DNA of 50,993 nucleotides from Gammaproteobacteria bacterium (GTDB lineage Bacteria; Pseudomonadota; Gammaproteobacteria; Arenicellales; Arenicellaceae). The translations under genes and the position numbers were made by a program. The DNA lies in the NCBI GenBank assembly GCA_030426005.1, contig JAUHZM010000001.1, positions 1 through 50,993 on the forward strand. The letters are read 5' to 3'. Under the pieces are notes generated by a model. That model searched no databases. It saw only the letters and a program-made list of their open reading frames with translations, and was not told the DNA's origin. Positions 47,106 through 50,993 of the stretch are shown here, piece by piece (position 1 is the first letter of the stretch; each line of letters opens with the position of its first letter).

Positions 47106-48515
47106 ATGTACAGATTCAATTCTCGAAAACAGCAAGGCGGTTACGCTACTGTTCTAGGCGTTATTTTGATGACGACAATGGCCCTGACCATTTTTTCGCT
47201 GTATGACGTCGGGCAGGTGACAACCCATAAAATGCGTGGCCAGAACGCCTCTGACGCCGCCGCATACAGTGTAGCGACGTTTGTCTCCAGGGACCTAAAT
47301 TTTATTGCAACCACAAATCGAGCGATGGTTGCTAATCAAATCGCTATTGGACAGATGGTTGGCTTGAGTTCGTATGGTCATATGATTGAAAGAACTGCCT
47401 CCAACATCGATATCATTGGCGACATTGCACAGTTTATTCCATACGTTGGGCCGGTAATCAAGCGGATCACGGCACTGCTGGAAAAAGCAGCAGAGGCGAT
47501 GGAGAGTGCGTTTGACAAGGCAGCTAAAGCAGTTATCCCGATGAATGAGATAATCTTGGGGTTGCTAAGTACATCTCAGACCCTGTTTCACAATGGCATG
47601 CTGGTTTCGAGTCAGCAGGTATTCAACAAGGTAGCCAAAGATAACGACCCGGATATTGAGTCTTCTGTGGTCGTTGGTGCATACACGGTTGCCAATTTTA
47701 TTTCCGAGCATAATAAAACACTCGAGCGTAATACGGAGCCGAGTGTGCGTGGCGGTGGTCGAAAAAATCGTTTACACCTGAAACGTTATGGTGAGTTTGA
47801 ACAAGTTGTCAAAGGCTCGCAAGATAAGTTCTTAAACTCGCGCTATACGCGATACCTCGCTGGCACAGTGCGAGGTCTCGGCGGAAATGATTTTCGTCGC
47901 CGCGCAATACGAAATAAATATGTGTGGGAATGGACGGCAATGGACACGATGCGGGTTCGAGTTGGACCTTGTTGGTTTGGCTGTTTATTAAAGGCTCCAC
48001 TTGGGTGGGGAGCCGGACACGCGCTAAACCAGGGTTCGTATTACAACTACAGGCGTGACACTCGTCGGTGGGGTGGTGCCTGGCGCAATAGTTCAGCTGC
48101 TTGGTGGGCAAGGCGGACCGACTCGCGAAATAACCTAGCTCGCACCCGGAGTATTAGACCATTCTATGACCTTGAAGAGGATGGCTTGCGGGAAACAGGA
48201 CCTGCCATGGTGTCAATTTTGAAAAAACCGGTTAAGCCGGTCCGCACTTGGAAAGAGGCATCTAAGGATATACCCAATTACAATCTGCAGCAGCGATACG
48301 ATGTGGCTAAAGACGGTGGTATTGCCAAGGATCAAATGCTGAGTATCAGCAAAGCCGAGCCCTATTTTTCAAGGCCGAGAGACCTGTGGCGTCGCAAAGA
48401 TAATAATCTGGAGTACGGGAATCTATATAACCCGTTTTGGCAGCCACGGTTGGTCGAGACCTCATCCGCTGAGAGGGTCGCTGTGATGGCCGCTGCTGCG
48501 GGGATCAATTTATGA
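47106..48515 (+). CDS. TadG-like pilus assembly/tip protein
   Basis: QQG prepilin-like site plus TM, QNASDAAAYS, LNFIA.TNRAMVANQ and C-terminal NLYNPFWQPRL. Confidence 0.82.
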   Translation: MYRFNSRKQQGGYATVLGVILMTTMALTIFSLYDVGQVTTHKMRGQNASDAAAYSVATFVSRDLNFIATTNRAMVANQIAIGQMVGLSSYGHMIERTASNIDIIGDIAQFIPYVGPVIKRITALLEKAAEAMESAFDKAAKAVIPMNEIILGLLSTSQTLFHNGMLVSSQQVFNKVAKDNDPDIESSVVVGAYTVANFISEHNKTLERNTEPSVRGGGRKNRLHLKRYGEFEQVVKGSQDKFLNSRYTRYLAGTVRGLGGNDFRRRAIRNKYVWEWTAMDTMRVRVGPCWFGCLLKAPLGWGAGHALNQGSYYNYRRDTRRWGGAWRNSSAAWWARRTDSRNNLARTRSIRPFYDLEEDGLRETGPAMVSILKKPVKPVRTWKEASKDIPNYNLQQRYDVAKDGGIAKDQMLSISKAEPYFSRPRDLWRRKDNNLEYGNLYNPFWQPRLVETSSAERVAVMAAAAGINL

Positions 48516-49384
48516 TGGGCGCTAGAATGAAGAATACGGGATGCCGAGACCGGTGCCGTGATCAACGAGGCGCAGTTTGGGCGGAGTTCGTGGTTGTCGC
48601 CGGATTCGTGCTTGTTGGCGTAATAACACTCGTGCCACTGATGGGGAAAATGATCGACACTCGTCATAAGGTCGAGATGAGTGGCCGATACGCTGCATGG
48701 GAACGAACAGTTTGGTTTCAAAATCGTCCGAGTTATCACCCAAACCGAAATCTGGCAAAGTCCAATGCTCAGCTGCAAAATGAAATTCATCATCGAATTT
48801 TTAGTGAACCAGACACGGTTCTACATAGCGAGCAGCACCGCGATTTGAAAGGTTTGGTATACGACCCCATGGCTCGTTTCAATAATCCGACCAAACGACG
48901 TCGTGATCGATATGACAACCTGCTGGTCAAGAAAGGCGAAGTGGCTGGTGAAGATTCATTTGTTCAACTCAGTCAAACTGAATCCAGTCCACCGGGAGAG
49001 GCGACGCGGCTAATTACTAACGTGCTTGGAACCATCAACCGTTTTGGTAACGCCAGAGTCAATCAAAAAGGTTATTACTCAGGTCAAGTCTCAGTAGAAA
49101 TTAAAGAATTCTCCTGGATCCCGGAATTCAAAGGCGTGAAACCCAATTTCACTACACACTCCGCGATCCTGACTGATGGCTGGAACGTGGGAGGACCTGA
49201 CGATGCCAAGAAACGTGTCACGCCATTTTTGCCGCAGGACTGGATCGATGGCGAAGTGACAGACGTTCTTCAGGACGTTGCGGGTTTCTTCTTTGACCCG
49301 CTGAAATCATCTTCATTGGACATTGGACGGGTTGATTCCGAGCCCGTACCAGGTTCCAGACTGACGCGCTACCGCAGTCGATAA
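48512..49384 (+). CDS. TadE-like minor pilin
   Basis: QRG|AVWAEF plus hydrophobic helix, RYAAWERTVW. Confidence 0.78.
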   Translation: MMGARMKNTGCRDRCRDQRGAVWAEFVVVAGFVLVGVITLVPLMGKMIDTRHKVEMSGRYAAWERTVWFQNRPSYHPNRNLAKSNAQLQNEIHHRIFSEPDTVLHSEQHRDLKGLVYDPMARFNNPTKRRRDRYDNLLVKKGEVAGEDSFVQLSQTESSPPGEATRLITNVLGTINRFGNARVNQKGYYSGQVSVEIKEFSWIPEFKGVKPNFTTHSAILTDGWNVGGPDDAKKRVTPFLPQDWIDGEVTDVLQDVAGFFFDPLKSSSLDIGRVDSEPVPGSRLTRYRSR

Positions 49385-49402
49385 TTGTTGAGGCAATGCA
49401 TC

Positions 49403-50104
49403 ATGACTTTTCTCACCGTTAAAAAGATCAGTTTTCTACTCGTTATCAGTCTTGCGTTATGTGGTAACGCAAATGCCAAGGGTTACCCTGAGTTTCCATA
49501 TTCAAAAAACATGGATGTGGTCATTGTGGCTGACAATATGGATTACAACGGCCTTGAAATGCGGGCCTATCAATTCAAGAGCAAAGATGATGAGGACGAC
49601 ATCGTTGCTTTTTACCAATCCGAATGGGGTGATGAAATGACCAATGTCCTATTTGGTGATTGGCGTATTTTGTCGCATCGAGAAGGCGACTATCTGATGA
49701 CGGTGCAGATTGAGCAAAACACAATGGCGATGACACATGGAACTATGGGTATTACCCCGATGTTTCGTTTGGTCGAGGCTGGGTCGGCCCATGTTAAAAA
49801 ATTGCAGTCTGGCATTGGCAAAGATTTCCCGACCCCGCCGAAAAGCAAGATTATCAATGACATTAAATCTGATGATGGCGGCATTGAGACACGAACCCTG
49901 TTATTTGAGAACTCGCAAAGTGTTCGACAAAACCTTAGGTTCTATTTGCGCATGCAGTCCGATGGTTGGCAAGTACTCGGTGGCCCGCCGGAAAACATTA
50001 ATGAAGGCAACGCGCTGGCTATGAATAAAGGGGGGAAGAAGTTGAATTTAAGCTTTGTCAGTCGAGATGGCAAAACATACGGCGTTGCAACATCCATTAA
50101 CTAA
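49403..50104 (+). CDS. Hypothetical periplasmic protein of the tad locus (two repeated alpha/beta units)
   Basis: Signal peptide ANA-K; V..NM.YNG..M; repeated FY...W and FY..MQSDGW. Confidence 0.72.
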   Translation: MTFLTVKKISFLLVISLALCGNANAKGYPEFPYSKNMDVVIVADNMDYNGLEMRAYQFKSKDDEDDIVAFYQSEWGDEMTNVLFGDWRILSHREGDYLMTVQIEQNTMAMTHGTMGITPMFRLVEAGSAHVKKLQSGIGKDFPTPPKSKIINDIKSDDGGIETRTLLFENSQSVRQNLRFYLRMQSDGWQVLGGPPENINEGNALAMNKGGKKLNLSFVSRDGKTYGVATSIN

Positions 50105-50142
50105 AAGATCATAAAAACTAGCTATACCCTACTCTAAAAGCT

Positions 50143-50367
50143 ATGACTACCCACTCACAAATGAAGAAGACATATCGCGTTCGGCTGAATCGGGCACGCG
50201 GAGCTACCGTGGTTGAATACCTCATCGGGCTCATCGCCATTGTTTCAGTTCTCTTAATCCCGGTGCCGGGGAAAAATAAAAGTGTTGTTGTGTTGCTTGA
50301 GGAAGCGATCAAGAAAGAGCACTCCGCGTATATCTACGCACAATCACTTCCGTCTCCGAAAAAGTAA
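50143..50367 (+). CDS. Small pilin-like protein (minor Flp/TadE-like)
   Basis: RG|ATVVEY motif followed by a hydrophobic helix. Confidence 0.78.
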   Translation: MTTHSQMKKTYRVRLNRARGATVVEYLIGLIAIVSVLLIPVPGKNKSVVVLLEEAIKKEHSAYIYAQSLPSPKK

Positions 50368-50376
50368 CCGAACGCT

Positions 50377-50993
50377 ATGAAAGATTTTTTGAAGAGTTGG
50401 GGCCTGCTCCTAGCAGCGCTCCTTGTTGGCGCGTTGGCATTTTTTGCTGCGACCAGCTATTTGTCCGATGCCGAAGAAAACCTGAAACGCAGTCTGGCCG
50501 GGAGTGGCGGCGAGTTAGTTGACGTGGTGGTCGCTAATTCTGATCTGCCAGCCGGAACAACTGTCAGTGCTGAAAATTTGGCTGTGGCACAGGTGTCAGC
50601 CCTAAATTTATCAGCAGCAGTAATTACGCCAGACATGTTCGAGGGAATTGATGGCAGCTTGCTGAAATTTCCAATGTCGAGTGGTGAGCCGTTGTTAACG
50701 CATTTTCTGGAAGGCGTATTGATTGAACGTTTTTCAGAGTTGCTTGAAGACGGTCAACGTGCAGTCACCCTGGAGGTAGATAACCTGACCAGTAATGCGG
50801 GTCTGCTCTCCGTTGGAGATCATGTCGATATCTTTTTATCGGGTGAATTTGCTGAGTCTGACGACGGAAACGAAGAAGTGTTAGTGCCACTGTTCCAAAA
50901 TATTCGCGTACTTGCGGTTGACCGGAACCCCTTGCTCACCAAGGAGCAGCCATATCGAGGTCAGGATTATCTCGATGAAGAAAACCTGTTTGA
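50377..50993 (+). CDS. cpaB: Flp pilus assembly protein CpaB/RcpC, truncated at the window edge
   Basis: Absent from the ORF track. Hand translation gives MKDFLKSWGLLLAALLVG...VVVANSDLPAGT (SAF domain)...GQRAVTLEVD...AGLLSVGDHVDIFL...LFQNIRVLAVD. Confidence 0.92.
   Translation, partial: MKDFLKSWGLLLAALLVGALAFFAATSYLSDAEENLKRSLAGSGGELVDVVVANSDLPAGTTVSAENLAVAQVSALNLSAAVITPDMFEGIDGSLLKFPMSSGEPLLTHFLEGVLIERFSELLEDGQRAVTLEVDNLTSNAGLLSVGDHVDIFLSGEFAESDDGNEEVLVPLFQNIRVLAVDRNPLLTKEQPYRGQDYLDEENLF

Noticed and set aside
23-50312. Numerous short antisense or overlapping ORFs in the track (for example 23-358, 17531-18022, 38280-38861, 45074-45391)
   Set aside because: They are shadows of well-supported genes on the other strand or frame, with no motifs or independent RBS.
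44402-50993. Tad locus as a tRNA-integrated genomic island
   Set aside because: No integrase and no duplicated tRNA 3' end in the window, and the native terminator directly follows tRNA-Glu. It cannot be fully excluded beyond the right edge.
50991-50993. Terminal TGA as the cpaB stop codon
   Set aside because: It is out of frame (CTG TTT GA); the gene continues past the window.

Overview
About 51 kb of mostly core and metabolic chromosome from a Gram-negative bacterium, probably a marine Gammaproteobacterium (inferred from gene content and order). Left to right: (1) a GlcNAc/chitin-oligomer operon (GlcNAc kinase, GH20 hexosaminidase, Na+/solute symporter running off the left edge) with a perfect NagR-type palindrome; (2) a minimal four-gene Csu/sigma chaperone-usher pilus operon; (3) ZntB/CorA and MscS, DUF2177, a flavin monooxygenase and a ferredoxin reductase; (4) a LiuR-box thiolase/acyl-CoA dehydrogenase/SDR operon; (5) kynureninase plus an alpha/beta hydrolase, a thioesterase, an RND pump, an IorAB-type molybdoenzyme, FghA and a TonB-dependent receptor; (6) a rhomboid, two TauE proteins, a CheA-like protein apparently lacking its Hpt His, ArsC/Spx, a DHH protein, a degenerate UDG with a HolD-like N-terminal peptide, rimI, mltD, yafS-rnhA-dnaQ, a pentapeptide-repeat protein, tRNA-Ala and tRNA-Glu; (7) the start of a Tad/Flp pilus locus. 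I saw no integrase, transposase or CRISPR array. The most notable signals are a ~220-nt multi-branch RNA structure in the ~490-nt flp leader (with hairpin-tiled spacers around both pilin genes), the HolD-peptide/pseudo-UDG upstream of rimI, the His-less CheA-like sensor, and the pentapeptide protein ending in a MinD-like membrane-targeting helix. All calls come from motif recognition and hand pairing; no searches or folding were run.
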